The position numbers were made by a program, and so were the translations under genes. DNA of 64,000 nt from Hypanus sabinus (Eukaryota): contig NC_082731.1 of NCBI RefSeq assembly GCF_030144855.1, positions 23,436,001-23,500,000 on the forward strand. The letters run 5' to 3'. The notes under the pieces are model-generated. The model was not told the origin of the DNA, did not search any database, and saw only the letters and a program-made list of their open reading frames with translations. Positions within the stretch are counted from its first letter, which is position 1, and the number at the start of each line of letters is the position of its first letter. Shown here one piece after another: positions 22,051-36,429 of the stretch.

Positions 22051-24499
22051 TACGTGCATCCGTGCTCTGTTTTTTTTTTAGATGTAGCCTATTCTCTATT
22101 TCTTACAGGATAGATATTGGCCCAACAAAATATGGTCTCCTAAAGGAAATCAACCGTCGACAGCAGCACACTATCCTGATGCAGCAGGAAGGCATTGATC
22201 ACTGCTCGCTAATTCCAAACAACTCTTCTGATCTCAAAAGCAATACCACGCCAGTATACCTCCTAGCTCTGAGTCCAACAATGCAGTACACGAACGCTTC
22301 AACAGATCTGCAACACCAAGTTGCAACTGCTAGTCCTAGTACTTTTTACACTTCGTACTCCCGCCATCTCAATATTAGAAATTACAGAGCCAAGACAATC
22401 CTTCTCATTTTTCTCCTAACTTGGCGGCTCATTCGGTACCACCTCTAGTGTAAGAGAAACCTTCATTGCCAATAATGATTACTAATACGCTGTTGACTTG
22501 CGTCCGCTCTGCGACCATCAAGAAAGTGGAGATTTATTAGCATACTAGATACTTCGCCAGATTTGTTTCATGCATGGTTCTCAATGGCGTCCTCGATTTT
22601 AGGACTGGAATGCGGAAGCGCGATTCGCCTATTAGCATCAGGATATATCAGGGCTTTTGTGCTATTTGCATAGCAGTGAGAACCGCAACGAACACGAAGG
22701 CTTATAAACTCTAACCATCACAAATTACAACTTGCTGATAGTACGACCCTCTCTAATATCATCCAGAAAGCTTGTTTCGTTCCCAGAAATATTCCGGGCG
22801 GTAGGATCCTCATCATCAAGCCGTATAGAACTAACGCTAATTGATATCGCTCATTGCCCAGATCCATAGATCTGCCACCCACAACAGTATGGTGGAATAG
22901 TGGCGTAACATAATTTTCCCTCACTGCGCAGCATTCGATCACCCACAAATCCGTTTTCTACACCGTGCAGGAGAAGGCACAAGCAAGTGAAGACGAACGG
23001 CCTTTTTTGTCCTTCTAGTAACATAACTTGATTCTCATGCTCAGTACTCCTCAACATCTCAACAGCTATATGTGTATGGAAGTCCACAATGGACTACGTG
23101 AAGTAGGAATCTTTCTGGAAAGTTCTCTCTCTGTGTGCACATTCGACTCCTCATTCAGTTGATCTCGAAGACCCTCTGCTTAAAGGGAAATTGATGTCTT
23201 TACCATTTGAACTAGGATGGTGAAAATGCGCAAAAGACCTGTGGACTTGAGCATTGGAGAGTAGCTCTTAGCAACTCACAAAAATCTCATTTCATTTTGT
23301 GTTACTACCCTTATTTTGCTTAGTCACCTGGCTCACCAATGATCTGGGGAAACCATCTGCCTGCAATGTTATTTGACTTAGGTCGAAAAGACTCTCGACC
23401 TTACCAAATTCCCACAACAATACACTTACTTAGCCATTGCCTTCAGTAAAATTGAAGACTGCATTCTGCTGCCTCACAAGCCACACCTCCTGGGAATCAC
23501 CACTCTCAGATTTCGACCGTTATACATCGCTCACCCTGAGATCAGAGCCTTGAATTATTATATCTCCGATGCGCTACTGAATACCGACATTCGAACATCT
23601 CAGTCCTCATCCCCGCTGAAGAGTTTTTATGTGAATGAAAAGAAAATAAATTGTGGTGTTCTTCTATGCATTCACAACTGTAGAATTTACAAAATCAACA
23701 TAAAGAATACCAAACTCTCCACTAGGTGGGTAGCGCTTTGAAAACTCTCCCAGGGATCGGATCTCCAACAAAGTGCATCTACAGACCATCAGAGAGTTGA
23801 ATAGAAGACGGTGTTCATACACAACACCGGCTCCAAGGAACACTCGGTGATTAATATTCGATTTCACTGTTATTGTATCAAAAAATAATCTGAGTAAAGA
23901 GAAGGGAGCAAAGAAAGCCTCTCGACTTGGAGTGTTTCTTTTCATGGGGCCACGTAGTGGCCTTTGCTGCGCATGCATTTAATTTCATTTAACACGTAAT
24001 CTGTTATGTAACTATACATATAATGCTCATTTTCATTTTTAGATGTTTTTTAATACATAATCTACTACAGCTATATAATAATAATAAACTTCAACAAATT
24101 AATATGTATACAATAAAGCTGAAGACAAAAACACTGATCGTAATTTAGGAAAATGAAAGCAGAAGTATATAAGGAAAAGAAGGGGAAAAAGAGACCCACC
24201 GAACTAAGAAGAAAAACAAATCAATAACAACAAAAAATAAAGAAAAAAAAATAACATTAGGAATCAATCCACGGAGACGTACGTCACTCCATCATCTGTG
24301 TGTGTGTATATATAAAAATCATCAACCACCAGTGCGTGTTTATATAGAATAAGAATGGAAGGAAACCGTATAAAATAGATCAAATTAAATCATAATAACT
24401 GGTAAAAGATATATTCGACTATTCGTTGTTGAGCCATTTTCAAACGAGAAGAAAGCTCAGCCACATTTCGAATAACTTCTTCTAGATCGAGGCTCAGAG

Positions 24500-26230
24500 A
24501 GTCAATTTTATTTCTTCAAATTGTTCTTTTAGTTGAGTTCTTTCAGTGACAATACTGTTGATTTCAGTCTCTAGTCTCTTCAACCAAGAACTCGTCAGCT
24601 TTTTTTGGCATTCCGTTGCTTGGGTCTTTTGGTATTTCTTAGGGTAGCCATAATAATAACAGTTGCTCTTTAGATCCGACTGAATAAAGTTTAAATTTCA
24701 AAGTTTAACTCGAAAAAGGGAGAGATTAAAGACGGAGAGAAATATAAACTATGTCCGACATGTCCGTGAGCTGAAGGCGGAGTCCCAAAGAATGCTTAAT
24801 CAAACAATATATTTAAACTATTAAAATCTACAGCACCATGAAGTTTGAATTGCCCCATTCAACCCTAAAGGTTCAATTTATGTGGGTAATTTCTTATACC
24901 TGCGGGATATCTTTTTTTTTCTTAATGGTAGTGGGATTACAATATTAACTGACAGGTGACATTTGTTGCAATTAAACAATATCACACTTCGGGCCTCCTC
25001 TTTGGGTGTGTTAGGAGCTGAGTCTTGGAATTCAGTAAGTTTTTCTCACTGCTCTGGAGACCCGTTTTCTCCATGAATTGATTCTAAACTCCCCAAATGA
25101 TGAACGTGTCGTCTCCGGAGGATAGAGCACATTATCTCCACTGTGCAGGACCGTGATCCAGTTCTGCCGTGAATCGATATAACATTCGCTTGTGTTCACC
25201 AACATAGTTGCTCGCCAGGATTACGTTCCTCGAAGTTAAACATTGTGTTCCTTGTTTCAGTAGTTGTCAGTTCGTCTTAGATGTTTCTCTGTGTAATCTT
25301 GCCACTACCCACAGTGAAACATGCTTATGTGGAGCTAGAATACATATGAATTATTGTTGATCAGTAATGAAGATAATCTAGTTCCCGACCCAGTGCTGGT
25401 TGAAAAGTTTTACACTCCAAACGAGGTATGGTGCAGGGAGCAGATATTCTATGTAAAACTAGTGTGTGAAATTTTCAGTTGACATTTTTTTTTACTCTTA
25501 ATCTGCTGGAAGATTCCAATGATATAGCTAACACTGTTGTCTCCTTATCCAGTAACTTTCTTAATTCCCTTTCAGTTGACATTGCAAGGATTTGCTGAGC
25601 AAACGCTGGATGCATCACCAATCAAGTTGTAATTCTCTCAGACAAAAAGCGACCCACATTGCTGGTTTTGTTGACTGTTGTATCTTATTTTACGAATATC
25701 CTTCATGCATCAGATATCTGGTTTCCACAATTGGTTGAATACCTACAGGCTTCCTTTTCACGCTCATTTGAAAGGCGGACTCTCGCAGCCGAGCGAGTGT
25801 ATCAATCAATTTTAATTGGTATATCGTTCTATTCTGTTTAACTCATATCTCGTAACTCTTGTTAGTTTACTGACTATGATTCTCAAAGCAACGCAGCCGC
25901 TGACTCTTTTAATTATTGTATTTTTCCCACAGTTTTTCCACAAACTAAATTGAACAATCAATCATTATTCACAAAGACCATCAACTAACTGTCAGTGCTT
26001 TGTTAACATTCTCCATTGAAGTAAGTCAAAAATGCCCAATCCTTCTTTATATATAGTCCAGTTTATGATAACTTCGTAATATTATTACCCGTATTCACTC
26101 TTTAGGAAAACGTGTATTACGCCTGTACCTCATTATTTTAAACCCCAGAGTCTGTCTCTCTCCCCGCTTCAGAGGGAGCACGTGCTGCGTTATTTTTTTT
26201 TTTCTTCTTAACCGGAACGTCTCTATGACC
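24500..26230 (-). mobile_element. Possible decayed L1-like 5'/ORF1 region
   Basis: Weak similarity by eye to L1 ORF1 (RKPVGIQPIV...), with an A-rich 3' flank toward 24100. No intact frame. Confidence 0.3.
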
Positions 26231-27099
26231 TTTCTAATGAAATACAGTGCTGCGCATTAAGTAGGTAATGGCCTCGGGCTGTTTCTGAAAGAAACTCATC
26301 GCCGCAATCGCATCACCTTGTATAAATAAAATAAATCCACGCAGCGTATGAAGAAGGGAATTTACACTCTATTATGCGCTTCAAAATAACTGAGAATCAG
26401 GTGGACAAAGCATGCTCGGTAATTATTACGAAACCAGAAAAGTCGAGTATCTCAATTTGGCGATATGAAGAAAGTCCGATTAAAACGCACAATTAGCAAA
26501 ATAAGCACAATAGTGAAAAAAACACTCAAACATCCAAAGATGTACGGCACAGAGGCCGAATCTGTGGCTATACTATTTTCGCTCAATAACACCGAATGAT
26601 AAATTATATTTGAAATATAATAATAAATACCACAACATTAAATAAAATACAGACAGACATAAAACAGATACATAGTCACGACTTATACTCCATCAGCAAA
26701 TTGCAATATCATAATTTCTACAGTAAAGTGAAATAGTAAATATTACATCTTCATCGATAAACTTCTTAACATATATGCATATGTCCAAGGCAAGGGGCTA
26801 ACATCACATAACGAGGCACGAAGTGATCTTTGCAAGTCAAACTCTTCAAGACAATCAACAAACAGCACCAGGACCGTAGCTACTCAGACATGTGGTTCTA
26901 GTGAAAGAATGATCTTGTGCATAAACGTGTCTGGACAGAGAGATTTGATACGCAGCTACTGGGGAAATCAAGTGCGTTCTTGAAAGACGTTAATGTTCAA
27001 TGTGATCCGTGGCACTGCATTTCAACTATAAGCATAATATATTCTGGGAGGAAATGCACGCTCTAGTTGAGATTTTAGATGTCCCGGTAGCAATTTTAA

Positions 27100-27290
27100 G
27101 TATTCGGACTCGGAGGCGAAACTTGGATTTGACTTGGACTCTGAGCCATGACTCGCACTTGAAAGGGACGCGGAGCCGGGACTCGGACTTGACTTGGACA
27201 CGGAACCAGGACTCGGAAAATGAACACAGAGACTGCCTCGGGACGTAGACAGGGAGCAGGGTCTTGAACTTGGACACGGGCTGTCAACAC
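27100..27290. repeat. Imperfect minisatellite (GACTTGGACTC/GAGCC-type units)
   Basis: Repeated GACTTGGAC..GA.CC.GGACTCG units, typical of LTR-element internal repeats. Confidence 0.7.
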
Positions 27291-27699
27291 CAAAGACAGA
27301 CTTTTCGTATCTTAACTCCGAAGAGCGGCAAACGGCCAGCAAACCCCAGCTGTGCAAGAGGCGACATAACCCAACAACGACAGACAATTCGTAACTTGGC
27401 TCGGAGTAGCTGCAACCAGGCCTGTAATACGCAGCTAAGCATGAAAGAACAAAACCAAAGAAGACCTAGGATATTATATTAGGCCCGAACGTGCATCGAC
27501 GTGCTGGCTACGGTGATGGGCCAGCCCCGACTAGCTGTAATCCGGAGTTTTTATCCTGCCGGTTCGGATGAAAATCAGTTGTCTTAATGAAGGAGTCCGG
27601 TAAAACACAGGAACAAGGAAACTTACAGAGAAACTGTAGTCAACAGAAATGACCGTGACAAGTCGCATCTTGAATATGGGGCATCTGCGGGTTAAGTTT

Positions 27700-27826
27700 T
27701 TTTTTTAATGAGATCACCATCTCCTAACCGACACATTGATGTAAAGCGTGCAATGGAGCCGGTCAGATTTGAATTCAGGACTTTGCACCCCGAAATCCAG
27801 TACTGTTACCAATACGCCACCAGCCG
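27700..27826 (-). mobile_element. tRNA-derived SINE head
   Basis: Minus strand CGGCTGGTGGCGTATTGG (A box) ... GTCCTGAATTCAAATCTG (B box). No cloverleaf closure. Confidence 0.6.
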
Positions 27827-28329
27827 AAGCATTTAGTTACATTAACAATATCCCACCTTTTGAAATATATGCCATAGAATAGTAACTGAGATATAATGAT
27901 GCGTTGCCAGCTTAGCAGTATTTTTAAGATTTTGACGATGGCTAAACTACTAAGCTGTCCACTAACAAGCCAGACATGAACTTTATGTTTTGGATTCAGC
28001 TTGAAAATAATCTTCTAAAATTCCATAATTCTTTCCATTTACAAATTTGAAAATTAACCTGGAATTCACTTCTATTGCAATGTTCCATTGTTAAGACATA
28101 GAAAGATAACAGGTTCTTAAAAATGCATGCCACCGTTTTCCTCAAGCTGGTCGAAGTTGAGAAGTGTTGAATAATGAATGTTATACGTGTCAGTTGGATC
28201 ATACTCCGCCCCATTTTAAAAACAATTCTATATTAATTTAACATGCCTTTTGACTAACAGATAATCTAGCAGATATTTTCCCGAACAATCTCTATTCGCC
28301 GGCTATTCACTTCCGATTGTACAAAACTA

Positions 28330-29760
28330 TCCTCACACCGATTCAACATTTTTCGGAATGTATCGAACTTCAATCCTCTGGAGGTCAGATCTGCCGGGTT
28401 GCTTTAAAAGTTTACAAGACTCCATTAAGTTGCCTGTGACAGCTTAAGAAATTCTGAAAGTTTGCTGCAACGATAGTTCGTAACCTGGAAGTTCTATACT
28501 TCATATTTAGTTCCTGTGTGCAAAGGTTCTATCAGACCAATTCACTGCATCACGGGGCTGCATGTTTAACTACCTCCACAGCAACGTGGCCGTACAACTT
28601 GTCATCTCAGCAAAAGAGAGCTATACGACGGATGGAACGTAATTTGACAAGCATTCTACCTTACAACTCCGCATGATAAAAACATTATGCACCTTAGAGC
28701 GCATATTGTGTAAGAGGAGAAATGTCACTGCTCCATAGCCACCTTCACTTGCATCTGAAAAACGTTGTAACTGTGCAAAACTAATTTGACAACAATCCAG
28801 GGGCTTCAAAGTTCAAATAACCTTGGAACCTACCAACCGACAGTGTTCTTCAAGCCAGTTTGTCCACTGATGAACAGCTGACGTCCCAACAGTATCAGCC
28901 TAGCCAATCATTTTTTTCTCATGGATTTCGTAGCATCTTCTGCTCAGCCAGCACCATTTGAGTGAATATTCGTAAATGACTGTATATGAAGAAACTGCAA
29001 AACGACACACCCCATCCCCTATGGTCGGTGGTCTGACTTGGATTGTCATCATAAACTTTAAGGTATCAATCTGAATGCCTTTAATAACAAATTATCCATC
29101 AAAGAAGTCCGACGAACCCTCTTACAAACTATACTAAACGAAACTAAGGGAATTCAGGCATAATACGGGACACGATTCATTTGTATTTAACATGCTCTAA
29201 CAAAGCTGACAAATTACCAAAACCCATAATAAAACACACAGTACAAAATAAAATACCGGCAGACTATATATAGATACTTGGTTCCAACACTAGAATTTAA
29301 ACTCCAATAAGAAACTAACTGGAGAGAAAACACTGAAATTTAGTCCTTCATAGTCACACTGAAAAGTAGATGAACTACAGGTTGGGAAAAGTTGAGTTCC
29401 ACAGCAGTCATTTCGTTCCTGGGTTACATAAATTCTTCTCAAAGCATCGGCAAGGATCGAATGAAGCTGTGCGAAATAATTTAATTGAGAGTCATCGTGA
29501 TACCTTAAACAGCTGCAGCGCTTCTTGCGATTCTCCAAAAAATACCGCTGCTTCGTCAGGTACTGCAGCCAAATAGCTGATCCTCCTACCTTCCTCACCA
29601 AACCATGTAAATAAGGTTTCATCGTATTGGATGCCACTGACCACGCTTTCAGAATATCAGTCCTAAGACATAAGATAAATGTTTCTTCAGTGATTACTTC
29701 ATCAGCGGTTTGAACAAACATCCCCGACGCGTACCGTGCAGAGCCTCGCACCAACCTCGG
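28330..29760 (-). mobile_element. BEL/Pao LTR retrotransposon fragments
   Basis: QLQRFSDASEGGYGAVTFLLL...VFIMRSCKV is the BEL/Pao RNase H motif (LHxFSDASExGYGAV). An upstream fragment at 29290-29775 is gag/pro-like. Confidence 0.75.
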
Positions 29761-29779
29761 TTTCTCAGACCACACCTCA

Positions 29780-30104
29780 TTTATGCTAATTCCAGTATTC
29801 AGACCACTCGTCAGGCGCTCAAGACCAGTTCAGAAGCAGGTGAAAACCTGGCCAGCAGGAGCAGTCTCTGCTCTTCAAGACTGCTTTGAGAATACTGACT
29901 GCCACATGTCCAGGGAGTCTGCAACCGATGGCAACTCTACCAACTTAGAGGAGTACACAGCATTAGTGACTTCTAGTGACTTCAATTTTTTTTTTCTACA
30001 GCGTCATGGAAACCATGGTCCTGAAAAACGTTTTCGCATTTTTACTATGCACAGTCCCAGCAGTTATGGTCGAAATGGCAATAAAAGTTGACTTGACTTG
30101 ACTT
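29780..30104 (+). mobile_element. Internally deleted Rex1/Babar fragment
   Basis: [38 protein letters not shown], ending in AATAAAAGTTGACTTGACTTGACTT. Confidence 0.75.
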
Positions 30105-30109
30105 CAGTG

Positions 30110-30930
30110 GGGCACGGCTGCGTAAGAGCATGGAATTCGGCCTATGAGAACAGCGGGATTTCTTTAAAAGCAAGCAAAGTTGAAAAGCTGACGGTAATTT
30201 GTTGTGAGCTTTGAAAGGAGCGCGACTGCACAACTGCTTGGTAGTCAGCTGTGAGATCCGCTGGAACAGTTTAAAAGGACGAACGATTTACAGAGCCGGT
30301 GTCGGCGGAGGGGGCGACGGATTAGAGGGTACATATAAGGAATGATTTCACTCAACCGGGCTTCGGCGATAAAGAGTCCAGACCAGGTATCTTATCTGTT
30401 CAAAATAAAGACAGAAAGTATGTGTTTGAGGGGAGTTTTCTGTGCTCGATGTCAGATATGGAAAGTCCTGCAACTCCCGGCCTCCCGGATGAACACATTT
30501 GTACCAGTTGCGTCGATCTGCAGCTCCTTAGAGACCGCATTAGGGAACTGGTGCTGCAGCAAGATGACATTCGTCTGTTCAGGGAGAGTGAGGAGGTGAG
30601 AGAGAGAAGCTGCACTCAAGTAATCACCCCAGTACCTCTGAAGACAGAGAAGTGTGTAACGGCCAGGAGAGGGAAGGGCAAGAAACATGTGATAGAGAGT
30701 ATCCCTGTGGTAATCACCTTCAACAATAAATATTCCTGCTTGACTACTGTTGAGAGGACGGCTACCTAGGAAAGCAACAGTGGTCGCGCATCTGGCACAG
30801 AGTCTGGCCCTGTGACTCAGAAGTGTAGGGAAAGTAAGAGGATGGAAGCAGGGATAGGGGAATCTCACAGGGGGTCAGATAGGAGATTCTGTGTACGGAG
30901 GAACGGAACGCGGATGGTGGATTGCATGGA
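30110..30930 (+). mobile_element. CR1 5' UTR/ORF1 fragment
   Basis: HICTSCVDLQLLRDRIRELVLQQDDIRLFRESE is typical of the chondrichthyan CR1 ORF1 N-terminus. Confidence 0.75.
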
Positions 30931-30939
30931 GCCTTGAAT

Positions 30940-31430
30940 GGTGGTAAGAGAGGAGGTGTAGGGACAGGTGTAGCAATTACGCTTCTAGTGATAAGTGATA
31001 GGAGGGAGATCCGTGGGAAGTGACTTGTGGACAAGGTAGACGCGTAGGGAACGATGCCTGCGGAAAGCGGAGAGGGGTAGAGACTGAAAGATGTGTTTAG
31101 TGGTGGGGTCCTGTTAAAGTTGGTGGAAGTTGTGGAGGATAATATGTTGGATCCGGAGGCTGGTGGAGTGGCAATTGAAACAAGAGGAAACCGGTCCCTG
31201 TTGTGGTAGGATGGAGTGAGGGCCGAAAAGCGGGAAATGGAGGAGATGCGGGTGAGGCAAAAGGGAATACACCATCCTTAAAGAAAGAGAACATCTGAGA
31301 TGTCCTTGAACGGATAGCATCATCCTGGGAACAGATGCGGCGGATATTGAGGAACTGCGAATAGGGAATAGCAGCTTTGCATTTGACAGGGTGGGGAACT
31401 CCTTTTTCAAGACGCTGACATTTTCCAAAT
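30940..31430 (-). mobile_element. Penelope-like RT C-terminal fragment
   Basis: HPVKCKAAIPYSQFLNIRRICSQDDAIRSRTSQMFSFFKDGVFP. Confidence 0.8.
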
Positions 31431-32501
31431 TTTATTACTGCGAATTCGGAGGTTATTTTATCCCTATCAGATTTCATATATAACGCAATCATATTTTGAT
31501 CACTGCTTTCTGAACGTTTTTGACTTTAGTCGCCTTTCGTTCATTGGATAACACCCATGCAGTACAGACGATTCCGTGTTAAGCTCAAACACAAACTGCT
31601 CTAAGAAATTATATCTTAGCCATTCAACCTACTCAATATCTTGAGATGCGCTATCAACATAATAACGTCCATTTACACTTGCTGTTTCTTAACTCAACCC
31701 ACAAGGATTCAACATCTTCTGATACTATGTCAGTCCTTGGTACTGAAACCAGCCCATTGTTTAGAAGTTGTGTCACACACTCTATCTGCCTACCATCCTC
31801 TCCTCCAATATACGTCTTAACCTTGGACATTCAGCTCCCAACTGCAACCTCTCATCAGCCAGGACCTCTCATCATCCGTGGAAGTCATAACATTATACCT
31901 GGCAAACTATTATATCGAAGCAAGATCATACACCTCATTTATTATGCACCACGCATTTAGATACAACAGTTAGAATACCATATTTTGATTTTTTTTCTGA
32001 TGGTGCTATACAATGCTATTAATTACAACTCAGCTTGTCGGCTTCAACGTTGAAACATCACTTGACTGCTCCTCCTGACAGTTTGACTGCACCATCTCTT
32101 TATTTTTCTTTACAATCTGACCTGTCCTATGCCTCTTCAAACGGGTACCAGCGCCTGCCAAATTACTTGAAACTCTCCCAAACAGCACTAACCAACCTGC
32201 CCGCGAGAACATAGGTCCTACTCAGGGTGACGTACAAGCCGTCACTTTTGAACAGGTCATACTTCCCGAAGAAACGACCCAATTGTTAAAAAAACTGAAG
32301 CTCGGACCATTGCTAGAGCAACCTCAGACATGCATTTGTGTTCCAGAGCATCCTGTTACCCTCACTGGCGCATAGTACAGGCGGTAATCTGAACATTACT
32401 AACCGGGTCGTCCTGCTTCTCAGCTTTTTATTCGCCTTTATAAATAGTCTTTTCAGGGAGTCATTGCTTTACCTTCCTATATAATAGGTACAAATATATT
32501 G

Positions 32502-33345
32502 TGCTACGTACCCGTGGGTATCTTGCACTTGTCACGTGACAGTGGTGTTGAAACTATACTGGACTTAAGGTAGTGGTCTCCTGATGGTGGAGTCACATCA
32601 TTTTCCCGCCAGTAGAGGTCATGTGTCAGTTTTTTTTTACAGGATAAAAAAGGAGGACCCCTCCCTGTGAGGAGTGGTTATTCGTGGCTGGAGTTGTCTT
32701 TTTGACTCCATGCCACTGCGTGGTCCAATATTATGACGCAGTTTGGATGAAAGGTGGAGTTTTATTTAATGACCAAATTTTAAAAGGTCATTGCAGGCAG
32801 TTTCTTTATAATACTGTCAGTTAAAAATCATTGGAGAGTGAATGTCATTGTTCGGGAGCTAAAAGATCGAGGAAAGTCGATTTTGACGGTATAACAGGTT
32901 CGAGCTTGTTTGATCCTCATTCGGAAGGATTCGTTGGTTGTCCCCGTGGTAACCACTGTGAATAATAGAAAAACGGGTTGGGTACAATTTTGTAAATAAA
33001 AGTTCAATGCCTTTATACCATTTCATTTTCATCTTCGTAAATTATCCTGGAAAAGTATAGTTCGACTGGTAACCACAACAACATGACGTGAAAGAGAAAT
33101 TAAATCGTCTTAAAAGTCACTCCTTTAATGGAGTGTAAGCAGTTTGAACTTTTGCAGTACCACTTTGAAGAAATAGTTTTGCAACATCGCGTTAAGAACT
33201 GTTTTTGCTTTATTGCTTGAAGAACTGTTTAAGCTGCCGCACAGCAGCTGACTTCCAGTTACGTTAGCTGTTTGTTTACTTTTGGGGGTTTGTTTTAAAG
33301 TGTTTAATAAAAGCTTAATTTGTTATATAAAAAAAACCCCTGCTC
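32502..33345 (+). mobile_element. Solo/truncated LTR related to the LTR at 59837-60604
   Basis: Starts TGCTACGTA. Shares blocks with the reverse complement of the 59.8-60.6 kb LTR (AGTAGAG.TCATGTG.CAGTTTTTTTTTACAGG; TTTTAAAAGGTCATTGC...AGTTTCTTTA). The 3' end is not clearly defined. Confidence 0.8.
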
Positions 33346-35469
33346 AATTACCACCGGGCTGTGCGGTCAACGTCCACTGTATCCCCTGTGTTTTCCCCTC
33401 ACTATTGAGCCACCTATCACTACCGCTCCATTCTCTATCCTTTCTCTATCCTTCTTCACCATGGACCCACGCTCAGTGCCTAAAACACGGTCGCTTAGAA
33501 TTCTCCCGGGAAGTCAGCCTCCACAAAATTATCTAAAGCGATTTAATTGCTTATGAGGGGTTTAGCCACAGTGGTGCTCTGCTCTAACTGCCTATTTCTA
33601 TTTCTCCTGATAGACACCCAGCTGCTCTCCTCTTGCAACTTCGGAATGACTACTTCCTGTAACTTTGATCAACTATATCCATACCGTACAAGCCGAAGGT
33701 CCTCCCGCAATCCTCCAATTGCTGCTGCACCTCCAGAGCAAGATATTCAGGGAACCACAGCCGGGTTGCACTTCACGCAGATCTTGTTCCCCTTTAGAAA
33801 CTAACTGAATGTGCAATTAACTAATAAAGAACTAAAGAAAATGTCAAGCGAAGGGTAAATATTTAAATAATTACAAAGGTAAATAAACGCATAGATAAGA
33901 GAGGAAAAAAAAAAACAGATGGATAAACATTTAACTATTTAGATAAGTTGTCCAAGATAAGGTGACGTAGATAGATGGGTATATAAGTATAAACCAATAA
34001 ATAAATGGTCTTTCGAATTATTTAGCTGACACGGTGCCCCTTGATGATAAATAAAATCAAAAGTATAGATGTCAGGTGACGTGCGAATATTTTCATCTAC
34101 ATCCGAAGGAAAACCTGAATACGCAGTTTCTAGCAGTTCCAGGTAGTCGTGATTTACTGCACAGTCAATGACATCCGACTGTAAAATATTGTGTTCCATA
34201 AGTTTTAGGGACCCCTACTGAAATTTTCAGCCGGCACTACAAGAAGACTATGTCCTCATTGAGTGCACAGAGGGTAAGCACAATCCATATCAGAAATGAA
34301 AAATACAAGACCTAAAAATCTAAGACTATAAATGCTGATAATCCCAGGAGAAACAAAAACAATGTTGCACATTTAATGATGAAACAGAAGTAAATCAACA
34401 TCTGATTACTTATAAATAATTTATCAAGTTGCAAACATCTTTCTCCAAATTCTGATTTAAAATACAAACTCATAAATGTAACAATGCCATGATAGTAATT
34501 CAACCCTGATTGCATTTTATTTGGTGGTTCCTAGAAATTATATTATGATCGATCTATGATTACAGATACAACAGAACATAATAACCAGCGGATGTAATAT
34601 TAATCTCTAAACAAAGAGAAGAAATAAATATTTGCAGCCATTCCAGATAAACCCAGCACGCAGTCATCAACAAGTTGAGAAATATACAGCAGAAACATGC
34701 TGACCTAAAGGAGAATAATAATATCCTCTACATTTGGATTCATCCCAACGTGACTATGGCACTGCAAAAAAAAAAATATCATGAAAGAATTAGGCCAAAA
34801 CAACAATATCAATGTAAATCTTCAGGAAACAACAAAACTAAACTCCAATGGAACGTTTCAAACCATCGTGCATTTTAGAAATATGCAAGCTTGTCTCAGC
34901 CTCTATTTCAGGTATAAACATATTGAGTTGAACAATCTAAGAATTATTCTAATACAATAGGAAATACGTGAAATATTGTATGACAGCCAGAATTACACTG
35001 CTTCAGTAGTAGGGAGAGCCTTTGGACAGCATTAAACAGGGTTATGAATCATCTTATCAGCGACTGAAACAGGTTGAGACAGGAGCGCAAGAGTTTGTTA
35101 CTAAATGATGAAGTTCAGTACAACACGTGCAAGAGTAATGTTGCAAATGCTGCAGCTGTACACTTCAATACAAATAATGCAACGCAAAATAAAATAGAAC
35201 GTAAACAAACGTCATCAACATCCGACAGTATCTGCCAATTGTGAAGGACAGTAATGGTACACATCGTTTATAATTATGTAAATATATTAACGTGCGGAGT
35301 AGCAGACCTGAATTCGGTAAGGATAGGAGTATTATACGCACTTATTAAAGAGCCATGGAATATAAAAGGAGAATTTCTGTTTTACAGAAATTCATAAGAT
35401 AAGAGCGGACGAAGTGTGAATACGTTCGCCTTATATTTTATACCTCTACACCTCTAAGAGCTAACTTAG

Positions 35470-35778
35470 AGTGCTGGAGTTAATGCTGAGATGCAGTGCA
35501 CCTCATGAGCTAATTACTGGATTGGCACCTCTCCCACGAGGAAGTGCGGAAAGAAATAGGATGATTTGGCAGAGAAATGCATGGCAGTGAAGATTTTGCT
35601 GGGAGTAGAATTTAGGTACATGGATCATCAGGATCTCCTCAAGGGGAGGTATGAGCTTTACAAATTTGACGGGGAGCATCTGAACCGCAAGGGGAAACAT
35701 ATTCTTGCCGAAAGAATTGCTACAACCGTGGAGGGTAGTTTCACCTTAATTGTAAGTGAGGTGGAAACAGGAAGAAAT
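35470..35778 (+). mobile_element. CR1 ORF1 SGNH/esterase C-terminal fragment
   Basis: YELYKFDGEHLNRKGKHILAERI matches the DGLHLNxxG motif. Confidence 0.65.
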
Positions 35779-36253
35779 NNNNNNNNNNNNNNNNNNNNNN
35801 NNNNNNNNNNNNNNNNNNNNNNNNNNNNNNNNNNNNNNNNNNNNNNNNNNNNNNNNNNNNNNNNNNNNNNNNNNNNNNNNNNNNNNNNNNNNNNNNNNNN
35901 NNNNNNNNNNNNNNNNNNNNNNNNNNNNNNNNNNNNNNNNNNNNNNNNNNNNNNNNNNNNNNNNNNNNNNNNNNNNNNNNNNNNNNNNNNNNNNNNNNNN
36001 NNNNNNNNNNNNNNNNNNNNNNNNNNNNNNNNNNNNNNNNNNNNNNNNNNNNNNNNNNNNNNNNNNNNNNNNNNNNNNNNNNNNNNNNNNNNNNNNNNNN
36101 NNNNNNNNNNNNNNNNNNNNNNNNNNNNNNNNNNNNNNNNNNNNNNNNNNNNNNNNNNNNNNNNNNNNNNNNNNNNNNNNNNNNNNNNNNNNNNNNNNNN
36201 NNNNNNNNNNNNNNNNNNNNNNNNNNNNNNNNNNNNNNNNNNNNNNNNNNNNN
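35779..36253. other. Assembly gap
   Basis: N run. Confidence 0.99.
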
Positions 36254-36429
36254 GTGACTGGAAGGGGAAGCATATGATAGGGAAAAGTGCTGCTGGCGTG
36301 CTGATTAGCAGTGTATAAGGGAGAGTTGAGAACGGTAGCACGTACAGTACATCTCATAAGAAAAAAAGATGCATGATTTTGTTACAATATTAAAGATTGT
36401 CTGGTAAGATGCCTTGATCACCATTCAAT

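Noticed and set aside
27757-27826. Possible tRNA gene
   Set aside because: Only A/B boxes are present with no cloverleaf, consistent with a SINE head.
35566-36357. Long ORFs spanning N runs (also 3059-3553, 7503-7901, 44088-44559)
   Set aside because: Artefacts of assembly gaps.
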